Positions 62,547 through 64,000 of a DNA stretch of 64,000 bases are shown piece after piece; position 1 is the first letter of the stretch; each line of letters starts with the position of its first letter. Origin of the DNA: Vulcanimicrobiota bacterium (GTDB lineage Bacteria; Vulcanimicrobiota; Vulcanimicrobiia; Vulcanimicrobiales; Vulcanimicrobiaceae); NCBI GenBank assembly GCA_963833095.1, contig CAWHWQ010000001.1, positions 64,001-128,000 on the forward strand, given 5' to 3'. The notes beneath the pieces are model-generated. The model was not told the origin of the DNA and did not search any database. It saw nothing but the letters and a program-made list of their open reading frames with translations. The position numbers and the translations under genes were made by a program.

Positions 62547-63432
62547 ATGCCCGATCTCTTGCTCGCCGCGTCGGCCCCCGAGGCCGGCATCGCTTTCGTC
62601 GCCGCCGTAACGACGGAGTTCGTCCGGGAAATCCGCAGCGCCACGATCTTTGGCCGACGGCGACCGCTGCGAACGGGCCGTCTGACGACGGGCGCGGTGC
62701 TGTTCGGCGCAGAGCTTAAGGGCCGCGAGCGCATTTCGCTGCAGATCGCGGCGACGGCCCGATCGGCTCGATCACCGCCGACGCTTGGCTGCTGGACGCC
62801 GGGCGCCATCGGCGCGCGCGGCTACGCGCGCAATCCGCAGGCCGATCTTCCGGTCGATGCGCGCGGGAAAGTTCGACGTCGCCGGCGCGGTGGGCGCCGG
62901 CTCGCTGCAGGTAACGAAATCCTACGAAGTCGGCCAGCCGTACGTCGGCATCACGGCGCTGCAGTCCGGCGAAATCGCCGAAGACCTGGCGGCGTATCTG
63001 TGCCAGTCGGAACAGATTCCGAGCGTCGTCGCGCTCGGCGTGCTGGCGGGTCCGAACGGCGTGATCGCGCGCGGGCGGCGTGCTCGCGCAAGTGCTGCCG
63101 GGCGCGGACGAAGCGGCGATCGACGCGCTGGAAGAGAACGTGCGCTCGCGATGCCGTCGGTCACTTCGCTCGTCTCCGGCGGCGCGGACGCGCAGGCGCT
63201 GCTGCAGGCGCTCGCGGGCAATCTGGAACTGCGCGCGCAGCGCACGCGGCGATGCCTTCGCGTGCTCTCTGCACGCGCGAGAAGGTCGAAACGGCGCTGC
63301 TCGGGACTGGGCGGTGACGAACTGCGCAGCATGGCCGCCGAGCGCGAAACCGAAGCGACGTGCGAATTCTGCAAGAAGCGCTACGTCTTTACATCCGACG
63401 AGCTCCGCGACCTCGCCGCGCGTTCCGCGTAG
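62547..63432 (+). CDS. hslO: Hsp33 redox chaperone (frameshifted)
   Basis: GRLTTGAVL, SGEIAEDLAAYLCQSEQIPS and CEFCKKRY motifs. Confidence 0.85.
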
Positions 63433-63441
63433 CCGAACCGT

Positions 63442-63672
63442 CTAGAGCGTCGGTTCGAACAGAGTGCACGAGATCCTAGTGGCATGCGATACGGTTCGAT
63501 GCGCTGCTGGTAAGGCTTCGCGAATCGACACGCCGTCGTTGAAGTACCACCAGCCGCACTCGCAGCGGATCGGGCGCTCGCCGGCCTGCGGATACGGGTA
63601 TTCGCGTTTGCAGCGCTTGCAGACAACTTCGCCTTCGATCGGCGTTCCCGTGTACGTATCGCTGTCTGCCAT
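63442..63672 (-). CDS. Small Zn-ribbon-like protein
   Basis: CKRC...CECGWWY; 3' end uncertain because of frameshifts. Confidence 0.5.
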   Translation of the reverse strand: MADSDTYTGTPIEGEVVCKRCKREYPYPQAGERPIRCECGWWYFNDGVSIREALPAAHRTVSHATRISCTLFEPTL

Positions 63673-63674
63673 GG

Positions 63675-64000
63675 CTACTCTGTCGAGGAAGCACGCGACG
63701 AATTTTCGACCCGACCGAAAGCACGGCGGGCGCGGCTGCGGTCCAGCTGCCTTAGGATCGCTCACGACTATACCATCCACCTTCACCCCGTTCCCCGAGA
63801 TAAGTCGCTCGGCGGCGCGCTTGCTCTCGGCAAACCCGGCGCGCACCAGCAAGTCGACCACGCGGCTCGCATCGCCCCGCGCGATTTCGGGCAGATCGCC
63901 CAGTCGGAATCTCCTTGCGCTGGACCGTTGCCTCGAAGTCGTTCGCGCGCCGCGCGCGCCGCTTCGGCGCCCGTGATAGCGCGCGACGATCTCTTCGGCC
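63675..64000 (-). CDS. tyrS: Tyrosyl-tRNA synthetase C-terminus (S4 domain), partial and frameshifted
   Basis: AEEIVARYHG and VDLLVRAGFAESKRAAERLISGNGVKVDG motifs. Confidence 0.8.

Noticed and set aside
62070..64000. Pseudogenisation of aroQ, hslO and tyrS
   Set aside because: Dense indels across adjacent housekeeping genes with conserved motifs retained point to sequence error

Overview
High-GC bacterial chromosomal window. It is probably from a diderm Terrabacteria lineage such as Ca. Eremiobacterota; this is inferred from Terrabacteria-type RpoB/RpoC, several TonB-dependent receptors and expanded MalT-like regulators. Main contents: (1) a regulator cluster at 0-10 kb with two STAND/TPR regulators, an HD-GYP protein and an unannotated 21-aa signal-peptide-like ORF that has its own RBS, operator-like palindrome and terminator, a candidate peptide-signalling module; (2) rpoB and rpoC separated by about 16.7 kb, each with its own sigma70-like promoter; (3) inside that gap, a lanthanide-type methanol dehydrogenase operon (xoxF-xoxJ, a beta-hydroxyacid dehydrogenase, a DUF5069-like protein, cytochrome c and a TonB receptor) with a divergent pseudo-receiver LuxR regulator; (4) envelope and housekeeping genes, tRNA-Pro(GGG), hup, aroQ, hslO and the 3' end of tyrS. 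Clusters of frameshifts in rpoC, emrB, aroQ, hslO and tyrS look like sequencing errors. No CRISPR array, rRNA, integrase or transposase was seen.
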